64,000 bases of DNA. It comes from Planctomycetota bacterium (lineage in GTDB: Bacteria > Planctomycetota > UBA1135 > UBA2386). Positions within the stretch are counted from its first letter, which is position 1, and each line of letters begins with the position of its first letter. The stretch spans positions 6,656,001 through 6,720,000 of the forward strand of contig OZ245006.1 of assembly GCA_965223545.1 (NCBI GenBank), given 5' to 3'. Below are positions 41,332 to 50,027 of this stretch, piece by piece. The notes beneath the pieces are model-generated. The model was not told where the DNA came from. It saw nothing but the letters and a program-made list of their open reading frames with translations, and searched no databases. The translations under genes were made by a program, and so were the position numbers.

Positions 41332-41422
41332 GGCTCAGGGTGGGAGGCGGCGCTCGAGGTCCCCGCCGGGCGCATCGCGGAGCGCCCGGATCTCCGTGGG
41401 GGCGCGCCTTCTGTGTAGTTCG

Positions 41423-41914
41423 TCAGAATGCGGGCTCAAGCGCAAGGGCGATCTTGCGCGCCAGATCGGCGCTCATCTCGAGCACGACACTGTCCAGATT
41501 CTCGCCGATCGCGCTGCGGAATTCACCGATGTCGCGGATTCGCGCCCGCCGCACGGCGCGGCCGGTGCGCCGGTCGACCAGCACCACGTCCGCGGTGAGC
41601 ACCAGGCCGCCCTCCAGGACCGGGTGGGCCGGGCCTTGTAGGAGGGAGACGCCCTGAGCGTCGACGAGGTCGACGTGCAGCACTGCGTCCGCCCGCTCCG
41701 GCGAGGTCAGCGACAGGCCGGTGTGGGTCGGCAGGGTGCGCTGCAGATCCCGGGTCAGCGGCACCTCGAGGCGCTGGCGGAAGGTCTCGTTGCCGGCCAC
41801 GGCCAGGCCGATGCTGTGGATGCCGCGCTCGGCCAGGTCGAAGCCGGCGGTGTAGCCGCAGCCAGCCGCCAGGCCGGCGCACAGCGCGTTCAGCAGTACC
41901 GTCGCCAACCTCAT
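41423..41914 (-). CDS. lptE: LPS assembly lipoprotein LptE-like
   Basis: Lipobox AAGC-GY, NETF...LE..LT, ADAVL; follows bamD. Confidence 0.7.
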   Translation of the reverse strand: MRLATVLLNALCAGLAAGCGYTAGFDLAERGIHSIGLAVAGNETFRQRLEVPLTRDLQRTLPTHTGLSLTSPERADAVLHVDLVDAQGVSLLQGPAHPVLEGGLVLTADVVLVDRRTGRAVRRARIRDIGEFRSAIGENLDSVVLEMSADLARKIALALEPAF

Positions 41915-42852
41915 CGCGCGCTGGATCCCGTGCCCGCGGTGGAGGGTTGCGGCGTGCTGGGCTGCGCGGGCGCCAGCCGCTCGGCCGCCCGGCTGCCCGC
42001 TGCGGTGTCGCCGAAGTCGCCGACCGCCTGCTCGAGGTGCAGTTGCTCGCCGGCGGGGTTGCCGATGCGGCGGTAGAAGTCGGCGATCGCCACGTGCTTC
42101 TCGCCGAGCCACTCGCGCACCTGTGCCAGCGCCGCGCGTGCCCGCTCGGCGAACTGGGGGTTTTCCACCGGCGCAGCCAAGAAGTCCGCCAGCTCGCGGT
42201 GCGCCTGCTGCATCGCCGCGAGGTCGTAGCGCGGCCCGACCAGGACCTCGAAGCTCGCCATGGCGATGCGGAACTTCGCCAGCGCCACCCATTCGCTGCG
42301 CGGATGCTGCAGCACGAGCTCGCGGAAGCGGCGGTGCGCGGTGGCGTAGTCCCCCTCACTGAAGGCCTTCTCGCCGAGCAGGCGCAGCGCGTCCGGCGCG
42401 TTGGGGTGCTGCGGGTAGCGCACCACGAAGTGCTCGAGCACGAGCTGGCCGTCGTTGGCGTCGTTGGCGAAGAACCACAGCGACCAGTCGCTGTTGATCA
42501 GCGCCTCGCCGACGCGGAACTCGAGGTCTTGGATCGCACCGCGGTACGAGCTGAAGGGGTGCTCTTCTTCGAACGTCCGCGTCGCCCGAAACGCCTGCCA
42601 CAGCTGGCCGTCCGCCGCCAGCGCCTGCGCCAGCAGGGTCTTGTAGCGCTCCAGGGCGTCGCCGGCGAAGGCCTCGGGGCTCAGCCGCTGCAGCAGATCG
42701 AGCGCCGGGGCGACCTCGACGCGCTCGAGGTGGGCGGCGGCGGTGGCCAACGCCGCGTCGGGATCGGCCGGGGGCGCGCTCGCGCACGCCGCCAGCGCCG
42801 CGGCCAGAAGCGCGGTCGCGGCGCGGCGGGTCGGGCTGGCGAACGCGGCCAT
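41911..42852 (-). CDS. bamD: Outer-membrane assembly lipoprotein BamD-like (TPR)
   Basis: Lipobox LAAC, TPR repeats with YP/HP-S turns, K...IADFY.R motif. Confidence 0.75.
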   Translation of the reverse strand: MAAFASPTRRAATALLAAALAACASAPPADPDAALATAAAHLERVEVAPALDLLQRLSPEAFAGDALERYKTLLAQALAADGQLWQAFRATRTFEEEHPFSSYRGAIQDLEFRVGEALINSDWSLWFFANDANDGQLVLEHFVVRYPQHPNAPDALRLLGEKAFSEGDYATAHRRFRELVLQHPRSEWVALAKFRIAMASFEVLVGPRYDLAAMQQAHRELADFLAAPVENPQFAERARAALAQVREWLGEKHVAIADFYRRIGNPAGEQLHLEQAVGDFGDTAAGSRAAERLAPAQPSTPQPSTAGTGSSAR

Positions 42853-42879
42853 GTGGCAGGGGTACCACAAGTCGGCCAC

Positions 42880-43668
42880 TCAAGGAAACGGTCTTTGTCC
42901 CTCTGCGCCGGAAGCCGATGGACGGGAAGCGCGCAGCGCGGTCAGCGCGCGATAGACGCCGGCGCGGGAGGGAGTGCCGCTCTCGGTCGACGCCTCGATC
43001 CAGGTGCCGAGCGCGGCGATGGCGCTGCCATTGGGTGGCGCCATGCCCGGCCAGTCGCGGCCGCGGCTGTGGCGGAAGCGACGCAGTCCTGCCAGGTCCT
43101 CGCGCCGCACGATGCGACCGCGCTGTGGGCGGTGCCGCGCGCAGCCGAGACCCTCGCCGCGCAGGTCGAGCATCAAGCGGTCGTCGCGCGCGCCGCACGT
43201 CGAGCAGCCCTCGAGGTCGGGCAGCGCGCCGAGGTGCGCCAAGAAGGCGAGCTCGATGCCGGCGAGGGTCGATGCCAGGCCCGTCAGCGGACAGCGCTCG
43301 ACCAGCTGCAGGGCGCCGCACAGCAGGTCGAACAGCGCTGGGTCGGCGACGCCCTCGGGAAAGGCCCGGTCGAACACCTGGCCGATGTGCGCCGCCGCGC
43401 GAAACCGCGGCAGGCTGCGCAGGCCGCGGGGCTCGTGCAGCAGCTTGACGTCGCGCAGCACCGCCAGCTGGTCGCCGCGCTGGGCCGTGAACCGAGGGAT
43501 CACCAGATTGAGCTGGTCGAGCCGGCCCAAGAACGGGCTCTTGGCGCGGTGCGCGCCCTTCGCCAACGCGGTGATCCGGCCGTGGTCGCGGCTCAGCAGG
43601 GTGACGAGCCGACTGCTCTCGCTGAAGTCGTGCCGCCGCCAGATGAGTGCCCGGTCCGGCGCGCGCAT
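42880..43668 (-). CDS. recO: DNA repair protein RecO
   Basis: FSESSRLVTLLSRDHGRI..LAKGA.R.KS; CSTCG...C..H zinc site. Confidence 0.9.
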   Translation of the reverse strand: MRAPDRALIWRRHDFSESSRLVTLLSRDHGRITALAKGAHRAKSPFLGRLDQLNLVIPRFTAQRGDQLAVLRDVKLLHEPRGLRSLPRFRAAAHIGQVFDRAFPEGVADPALFDLLCGALQLVERCPLTGLASTLAGIELAFLAHLGALPDLEGCSTCGARDDRLMLDLRGEGLGCARHRPQRGRIVRREDLAGLRRFRHSRGRDWPGMAPPNGSAIAALGTWIEASTESGTPSRAGVYRALTALRASRPSASGAEGQRPFP

Positions 43669-43678
43669 CGCAACCGCG

Positions 43679-44938
43679 TCACTCGCGCGTCGCGGGCTCC
43701 GGCAGGCGCAACCGGAGGCGCGCGATGCGCCGGTCGTCGGCCTCCAACACCTCGAACTCGATGCCGTCGAGGTTGGTGGTCTCGCCGTTCTTGGGAATGC
43801 GGCCCAGGCGGGTGAAGAGATAGCCGGCGGCGGTGTCGTAGTCCTCGTTCTCGGGCAGCGCGCAGCCGAGCGCCTTGTTGATCTCGTCGATGCGCGCGCG
43901 GCCCGCCACCTCGACCACGCGGTCGTCATCGGTGGTGACGATCGCGTCCTCCTCGTCCGCTTCGAACTCGTCGGTGATGTCGCCGACGATCTCCTCGAGG
44001 ATGTCCTCGATCGAGATCAAGCCGGCGGTTCCGCCGTACTCGTCGAGCACCACCGCCAGCTGCACCTTGCCGGTCTTGAACTCGCGCAGCAGGGTGTTGA
44101 CGCCCATGGTCTCGGGCACGAACAGCGGCTGCCGCATCACTTGGCGCACGGCGACTTCCTTGCTGCTGCCGTTGCTCAGCCGCGCCAGGGCATCCTTGGC
44201 GTAGAACACGCCGATGACGTGGTCGACCTTGCCCTCGTACACGGGGTAGCGCGAGTGTCCCTTCTCGATCGCCTGCTGCACGGCGTCGGTCAACGGCAGG
44301 TCGGCCTCGAACGCGACGACGTCGGTGCGGGGCGTCATCACCTCGGAGACCCGCAGGTCCTTGAGCTCGACGATGTTCTCGATCCAGTTGCGCTCTTCTT
44401 CCTCGAGCTGGCTCTCCTGTGCCGAGTCGGTGACCGCCGCCATGATCTCGTCGGCGATGTCCTCCGGCCGGCGCGGCGCGTCCTCGTGGATGCGCGCCGC
44501 GCGCATCAGGCCGCGGGTGATGACCGACAGCAGCACCAGCGGATAGTGCAGCAGCACGCGCACGATGCGCAGCGCCGGCAAGAACGTCAGCACGATGCGC
44601 TCGGGGCGGTGCGGTGCGACGCCGCTGGGCAGGGCGGCGCACAACAGGCCGACGATCAGCACCGCGAGCACCGCCAGCGGCCAGCCGCCCGCCGCCGCCC
44701 ACTGCCAGAACAGCGGGGCACCGACGGCGATGCCGAACACCAGGGCGAGCCAGCCGAGCACCTCGTAGGTGCGCTCGTGCTCGGCGAGGTCCTTGTTGGT
44801 CGGCGAGTCGGCGCCGCGGATGCGGGCGATCTTGGTCGGCGAGTAGACCAGGATCGCGGCGCCGATCATCGCCCCGAGAATGGCGACGAAGAGGCCGGCG
44901 ATGGCGGCGAGCGCCGCGACGAGAGTGGCGGGCTCCAC
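43679..44938 (-). CDS. CNNM/hemolysin-family CBS-CorC protein
   Basis: TM domain, EVMTPRTD, HSRYPVY, LDEYGGTAGL.S.EDILEEIVG.I.DE. Confidence 0.92.
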   Translation of the reverse strand: MEPATLVAALAAIAGLFVAILGAMIGAAILVYSPTKIARIRGADSPTNKDLAEHERTYEVLGWLALVFGIAVGAPLFWQWAAAGGWPLAVLAVLIVGLLCAALPSGVAPHRPERIVLTFLPALRIVRVLLHYPLVLLSVITRGLMRAARIHEDAPRRPEDIADEIMAAVTDSAQESQLEEEERNWIENIVELKDLRVSEVMTPRTDVVAFEADLPLTDAVQQAIEKGHSRYPVYEGKVDHVIGVFYAKDALARLSNGSSKEVAVRQVMRQPLFVPETMGVNTLLREFKTGKVQLAVVLDEYGGTAGLISIEDILEEIVGDITDEFEADEEDAIVTTDDDRVVEVAGRARIDEINKALGCALPENEDYDTAAGYLFTRLGRIPKNGETTNLDGIEFEVLEADDRRIARLRLRLPEPATRE

Positions 44939-45328
44939 GCGCTATGACCTCGTGCCGATCGGTCGGGTGGTGCGGCGTGTCTGGCCGGTGCTTCCGCCGG
45001 GCTTGCTTTCGCCGGGCTTGCTTCCTCCGGGCTCCGGGTCTTCACCCGGATCGGAGCACGCGCTTTGGGTATCGGGATCGGCCGAGTGGGGTTCGTCCAT
45101 TTCAGGAAGCGCCCTCGCGGCCGGGACAACAATCGGAGTCCGACACGGTAGCTCGCAGCATAAGTCGAATCGGCGGTCGGCGGAAGATCCCGAAATCCAC
45201 CCGGCGGGACCGGATCTTCGGCCGCCGCACCGTCGGGTAGCCCGCCGGGCGCGGTCTCGCCACCGGCGGGCGTGGGGCGGGTTCGGGGCCCCGGGGGGCC
45301 CCCTCTGGGCGGCGCTGTAGGTGGGGCT

Positions 45329-47290
45329 TCACTCTTCGTCGATGGAGAAGCGGTTGCGGCCGCGCGACTTACTGGCGTAGAGCGCGCGATCGGCGCGCGA
45401 CAGCGCCGACTCGACGTCGTCGCGGTCGCCGCGCACCCGCGCCAGCCCGATCGAGATCGTCAGTGGCAGGTTGTGCTGGCGGCCGGCCTCCTCGACCGCG
45501 ACGAAGATGCGCGTCGCGGTGATCGACGCCTCGTCGATCGAGGTGTCCGGCAGGACGACCAAGAATTCCTCACCGCCGTAGCGGCAGACGATGTCGGACT
45601 TGCGCACGGTCTTGCGCAGCACGTCGGCGGTGACCCGCAGCGCCTGATCACCGGCCAGGTGGCCGCGGCTGTCGTTGAGCTGCTTGAAGTCGTCGAGGTC
45701 GAGCATCAACACCGTCAAGCTGGAGCCGCTGCGGCTGGTGCGCGACAGCTCTTGCTCGAGGCTGGTGATGCCGACGCTGCGGTTGTAGAGCCGGGTCAGG
45801 GGATCGGTCAGCGAGAACTTGCGGGCGCGGCTGCGCTGCCGCTTGAGCAGCAAGTTCTCGGTGAGCATCGAGGCGATGCCGGCCAGCGCCTGGGCGCCGA
45901 CGCGGTCCTGCGTCAAGCGGATCGGCGCGCCGGACAGGGCGCGGTCCATGACCAGGAAGGTGCTGATCTCGAAGTCGCGGTTGATCGGCACCACCAGGAC
46001 CTCGTCGGTGCCGAGGTAGCGCAGCAGGCCCGGGTCGCTGTGCCCCTCGTTGAGCAGGTGCTGCGCGTTGCCGCTCGCCAGCGTCAGCGACAGCAGCTCG
46101 AACTCGCGGTTGGTCGGCGTGAACGAGGTCGGCGCCAGCGGCTGCGGCGACAGGTCGGCTTTGGCGCGCACGTAGCAGCGGTGTGCGTTCTTGGAGAACT
46201 GCACGCTGTAGGCGCGTTCGAAGCCCAGGTGGCGCAGGCAGGACGCCGTCGTGATGGTGAGGATGCCGCGGTAGTCGGGCGAGTCGTTGCAGCCGAGCAG
46301 GCGCAGCACGAGATCGTTGACGTTGCTCTGCGCGCGCAGCGGAAACAGCTGCAGGTCGTCGGCCGGATGCGCGTCGAGGCGGGTGGGTTCGTCGGCGGAG
46401 CAGCCGAGGCCGAACGCGGCCAGCGCCACGCCCACTTCGTGCCGCAGCTGCTCGGCCGCGCGCAAGTCCTCGACGGCGACGACGGACTGCAGCATGTGGC
46501 GCGCGATCGGATCACCGTCGTCGGGGTGCCAGAAGCCGGCGAGCTCGGCGAGCAGCTCCGCGCCGGCCACCACCGACGCGGCGCCGGACTCGTCGAGGGC
46601 GTCGCGGCCGCCGCCCAGCATGGTGCGCTCGACCACGCGGCGCACCGCGGCCGGCAAGTGCCAATGCTCGATCCATGCGTCGACGCCGAGTGCCGGCGCC
46701 GAGCCGTCGCGACGCAGGCTCAAGTAGTGCAGCCACAGCGGCAAGTCGTGCAGCAGGCCCAGGACGTAGGCCTCCTCGGGATCGCACTCACCGCTGGCCA
46801 GCGCCAGGGTGCGGCTGGCGTGGGCCGTTGCCACGGCGTGCAGCCAGAGCTGGCGCAGCGGCGTGGTGCCGGCGACGTCGGCCGGCTTGGTGTTGAGCGC
46901 CCGCCGGACGATGGTCGAGCCGAGCGCTTGGCACAGGCCGCGGATCGTCAACAGCTCGCGTGGCAGCCCGTACACCGGCGCGTGCGCGACGCGCATGCAC
47001 CGCAGCAGCGTCAGCGGGTCGAGCGCCAGGAGCTGCTCCTCCCAGGACGAGTCGGCCGGCACCGACTGCAGCGAGCGCTGGACCTCGCCGCGCAGATCGC
47101 GCAGGGCGAGCGCGGACGGCAAGCCGTCGAGCGGGTTGCGGATGGTCTCGGTGCGGGTGCTCAAGGGCGTCCAGCGGGATGCGACCCCGGGGCGCGGATG
47201 CGGCCGGGGCGTATCCATGGGATCGGGTGTTGGGGGCAAATCGCTCAAACCCTGTTCGCTTTCCCACAGAGCGGACCCTGTGGGTGTCAC
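45329..47290 (-). CDS. HDOD + GGDEF diguanylate cyclase
   Basis: DP...LR..R.A, LWLHAVATA, AY.LGLLHDL (HDOD); TDPLTRLYN, DLDDFK.LND..GH, RKSD I-site, RYGGEEF; true start may be ATG 47218. Confidence 0.9.
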   Translation of the reverse strand: MTPTGSALWESEQGLSDLPPTPDPMDTPRPHPRPGVASRWTPLSTRTETIRNPLDGLPSALALRDLRGEVQRSLQSVPADSSWEEQLLALDPLTLLRCMRVAHAPVYGLPRELLTIRGLCQALGSTIVRRALNTKPADVAGTTPLRQLWLHAVATAHASRTLALASGECDPEEAYVLGLLHDLPLWLHYLSLRRDGSAPALGVDAWIEHWHLPAAVRRVVERTMLGGGRDALDESGAASVVAGAELLAELAGFWHPDDGDPIARHMLQSVVAVEDLRAAEQLRHEVGVALAAFGLGCSADEPTRLDAHPADDLQLFPLRAQSNVNDLVLRLLGCNDSPDYRGILTITTASCLRHLGFERAYSVQFSKNAHRCYVRAKADLSPQPLAPTSFTPTNREFELLSLTLASGNAQHLLNEGHSDPGLLRYLGTDEVLVVPINRDFEISTFLVMDRALSGAPIRLTQDRVGAQALAGIASMLTENLLLKRQRSRARKFSLTDPLTRLYNRSVGITSLEQELSRTSRSGSSLTVLMLDLDDFKQLNDSRGHLAGDQALRVTADVLRKTVRKSDIVCRYGGEEFLVVLPDTSIDEASITATRIFVAVEEAGRQHNLPLTISIGLARVRGDRDDVESALSRADRALYASKSRGRNRFSIDEE

Positions 47291-47404
47291 TGCCCGGTTC
47301 TTGAACAGTTTTGGCAGGAATGCCGTAAGTGGCCACGAGAAGGTCGTTTAGATCTTGTTGGTCGATGTCGGGCGGCGCCCGCGCGGCGCCCTTCTTCCGG
47401 CGTT

Positions 47405-47420
47405 TGGCCCGGGTTTCGCA
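47405..47420 (+). promoter_or_regulatory. Candidate sigma54 -24/-12 promoter upstream of the ECF gene
   Basis: TGGCCCGGGTTTCGCA, GG-N10-GC. Confidence 0.35.
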
Positions 47421-47433
47421 GTTCGCTGCACCC

Positions 47434-48189
47434 ATGAGCAGCCTGCCAACCGACGGCGTCGCGGTGCCGACCGCAGTGGCGCGGAGAGCCGAGGAACTCC
47501 TTCGCAGCCGAGGCGTCGTCTGGGCGCAGACATCCCGCTGTGCGCGGGAAGACGCGATGGCCACTGCACTGATGGACTGCTACCGCCGCACGGGCTGCCA
47601 GGAGGTGTTCGACGTGCTGGTGGCCCTGTCGCAGGGCAGGCTGCGTCGCCGTGTAGAGGCGCGCACGCGCTACCTCGGCGGCCGCGCCGACGTCGACGAG
47701 CTGCTGCAAGACACCTTCGTCAACATCTATCGCTACCCGGACAAGTTCGACGGCAGCCGGCCGGGGGCGTTCAGGGCGTGGTCGGCGACCATCGTCGACA
47801 ACGCGATCCGGCGCCACCTGCGGCGCCGGCAGGCCGGCCCGCAGATCAGTCTGCGACCGATCGAGCTGCTCGAGCAGGAAGCGGATGGCCGCCAGCGCGA
47901 ACCCTACGAGCGGGTCGGCGACGCCGAGGTCTGCCGGCGCACGGCGCGCGCCTACACGCTGCTGCTGGCGGCGTACTTGCGCGCATTCGAGGAGCTCAGC
48001 GAACGCGAGCGCTTCGTGCTACAGATGGTCGAGGTGCGCGGCCTGCGCTACGCGCAGGTCGCCAACCTCCTGGGGGCCCGCGCCGAGGCGCTCAAGATGG
48101 TGGTCTTTCGCGCCCGGCGCCGGGTCCTGGCCCGCGTCGCCGCGATGCTCCCCCCCGTCGAAAACACCGTAGCCCGCCTCGCCGGCTGA
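47434..48189 (+). CDS. ECF sigma-70 factor
   Basis: DELLQDTF, FRAW..TIVDN, LSERERFVL, Y..VA..LG, K..VFRARR; start uncertain (47434 or 47557). Confidence 0.85.
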   Translation: MSSLPTDGVAVPTAVARRAEELLRSRGVVWAQTSRCAREDAMATALMDCYRRTGCQEVFDVLVALSQGRLRRRVEARTRYLGGRADVDELLQDTFVNIYRYPDKFDGSRPGAFRAWSATIVDNAIRRHLRRRQAGPQISLRPIELLEQEADGRQREPYERVGDAEVCRRTARAYTLLLAAYLRAFEELSERERFVLQMVEVRGLRYAQVANLLGARAEALKMVVFRARRRVLARVAAMLPPVENTVARLAG

Positions 48190-48191
48190 AC

Positions 48192-48216
48192 GTACGGAGC
48201 CAGGCTCCGATTCATC
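48192..48216 (+). repeat. Single REP copy
   Basis: GTACGGAGCCAGGCTCCGATTCATC, identical to the core of the 19414-19504 arms; lies between convergent genes. Confidence 0.85.
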
Positions 48217-48217
48217 A

Positions 48218-48670
48218 CTACGCCTGCTGGCCGATCCGGATCTTCACCGGCTTGTGCTGCGGTGCTTTGGGCAGCGTCAGGTGCAGCACGCCGTCCGACA
48301 GATCGGCGGTCAGCTTGCCGGTGTCGACGTCGGTCGGCAGCTCGAACGTGCGCTCGAACTGCATCGGCGTGGTCTCGTCGCGGTGCACCGTCACCTTGTC
48401 GCGCTTCGTCGCGGGGCGCGCGCCCTTCAGCGAGACGCGGTTGCCGGTCACGGCGATGTCGAGATCGTCACTGCGGATGCCGGGCACGTGGGCCTCGAGG
48501 TGGAACGAGTCCTCGTCCTCCCAGATGACCACGGGGGGCACGGCAGTGCTGTAACGGGAGCCGTCGGTGACGCCCTCGAACATCCGGTCGAGCTCGCGGC
48601 TGAGGGACTGGAACGGCGACAAGACGGTGCCGTTGATGCGGTTTGCCAACATGGTGTGCCTCTCTTGCAT
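48218..48670 (-). CDS. Hsp20/alpha-crystallin small heat-shock protein
   Basis: PPV.I.ED....LEA.VPG, FERTFELP, A.L.DGVL.L.LPK, terminal IRI. Confidence 0.93.
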   Translation of the reverse strand: MQERHTMLANRINGTVLSPFQSLSRELDRMFEGVTDGSRYSTAVPPVVIWEDEDSFHLEAHVPGIRSDDLDIAVTGNRVSLKGARPATKRDKVTVHRDETTPMQFERTFELPTDVDTGKLTADLSDGVLHLTLPKAPQHKPVKIRIGQQA

Positions 48671-48722
48671 TGAAAACTGGTTCTATGGGCGCCCGGTATC
48701 GCTGGGCGCTGGGTTTTCGGTA

Positions 48723-48738
48723 AGCAGAAGGTGTGCCA
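48723..48738 (-). promoter_or_regulatory. sigma54 -24/-12 promoter for hsp20
   Basis: Minus strand TGGCACACCTTCTGCT (GG-N10-GC), about 50 nt upstream of the ATG. Confidence 0.65.
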
Positions 48739-48871
48739 AACCGGCGGTTTGCGCCTCAGTTTTATCTAAACTGCTAGCATCGCTTGGTTTGCGGAGATTC
48801 GAAGGACGGGTCTCGGCACTGGGCAAATGCCGAAACGGCAGTGTCTGGCACCGCGATGCCAACTTGGCAGT

Positions 48872-49999
48872 CTAGCGCCGCGCCTGCAGCATGACGGTCG
48901 CCGCCAAGCGCTGTTCGGCGTACGGCAGGCCGCGGGCGATCTCGACTTCCACCGTGTCGCCGGGCCGCTTCTCGCGCAGGTGATCCCACAGATCCTCGAT
49001 GGTGCTGATCGGCTGCGCATCGATCGACACCAGCAAATCGCCGGCGAGCCACCGCCCGGAGCCGTCGGTGCGCTCCCCGAGCAGCCCGGCCCGGTGTGCT
49101 CCGAGGCCGGGCGTCACGGTCTCCACCATCACTCGATTGCGGAAGTAGCCGACCTCGAACCCGAGCACCACCCGGGGCAGCACCAAGCCTTGGCCCTCGA
49201 TCAGCTGCGGCACGACCCGGTTGATGGTGTCGACCGGAATGGCGAAGCCAATGCCAGCGCTGCCGCCGCTCGTGCTCTTGATCGCCGTGTTCATGCCGAT
49301 CAGGTGGCCGGCGGAGTCCAGCAAGGGCCCGCCCGAGTTGCCGGGGTTGATCGAAGCGTCGGTCTGGATCACGCCGGGGATCTTGGTCTCGACCACCGAT
49401 TCGATGGTGCGGTCGAGGGCGCTGATGATGCCCGAGGTCATCGTCGCCGACAGGCCGTAGGGGCTGCCGATCGCCAGCACCGACTGGCCGACCTGCAGCT
49501 CCGCCGAGCTGCCCACGGTGATCGGCTGAAGGTCTCGCGGTGGGTCGACGAGGAGCACGACCGCGATGTCGAGATCGCTGCGCGCGCCGACCACGCGGGC
49601 CGCGTACTCGAAGTGATTGTCGAGCCGGACGGCGACGTGCTGCCGTTCGGCGACGACGTGGTAGTTGGTCACCACGTAGCCGCGGGCATCCCAGACGAAG
49701 CCGGAGCCGGTGCCCGGCGGCGCCACCTGCTGCAAACCGCGCCAGCTCTGCTGCACGATGCCCGGCGTCGTGATGTGCACGACCGCGCTGCGGGTCGCCT
49801 CGTAGACCGCGATCGTGCTCTGCTCGAGCTCGGTGAGCGAGCCGCGCGGCGTGACCGTGCGCGGCGCCGCGCCGCGGTGCAGCGGCGCCGGCGCGCAGCG
49901 ATCCCAGGTCGCGTACAGAGTCAGCACGAACGCCGCACCGGCGACGACCAGCGGCAGGCCGGCTCCGGCCCTGGGTGGCGCGGGTGCCTCGGTCCTCAT
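48872..49999 (-). CDS. HtrA/DegP-like trypsin serine protease with one PDZ domain
   Basis: GTGSGF, VTNYHVV, DIAV, IQTDASINPGNSGGPL; N-terminal TM. Confidence 0.93.
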   Translation of the reverse strand: MRTEAPAPPRAGAGLPLVVAGAAFVLTLYATWDRCAPAPLHRGAAPRTVTPRGSLTELEQSTIAVYEATRSAVVHITTPGIVQQSWRGLQQVAPPGTGSGFVWDARGYVVTNYHVVAERQHVAVRLDNHFEYAARVVGARSDLDIAVVLLVDPPRDLQPITVGSSAELQVGQSVLAIGSPYGLSATMTSGIISALDRTIESVVETKIPGVIQTDASINPGNSGGPLLDSAGHLIGMNTAIKSTSGGSAGIGFAIPVDTINRVVPQLIEGQGLVLPRVVLGFEVGYFRNRVMVETVTPGLGAHRAGLLGERTDGSGRWLAGDLLVSIDAQPISTIEDLWDHLREKRPGDTVEVEIARGLPYAEQRLAATVMLQARR

Positions 50000-50027
50000 C
50001 GACACCGCCTCATTCCGTGATCCTCCG

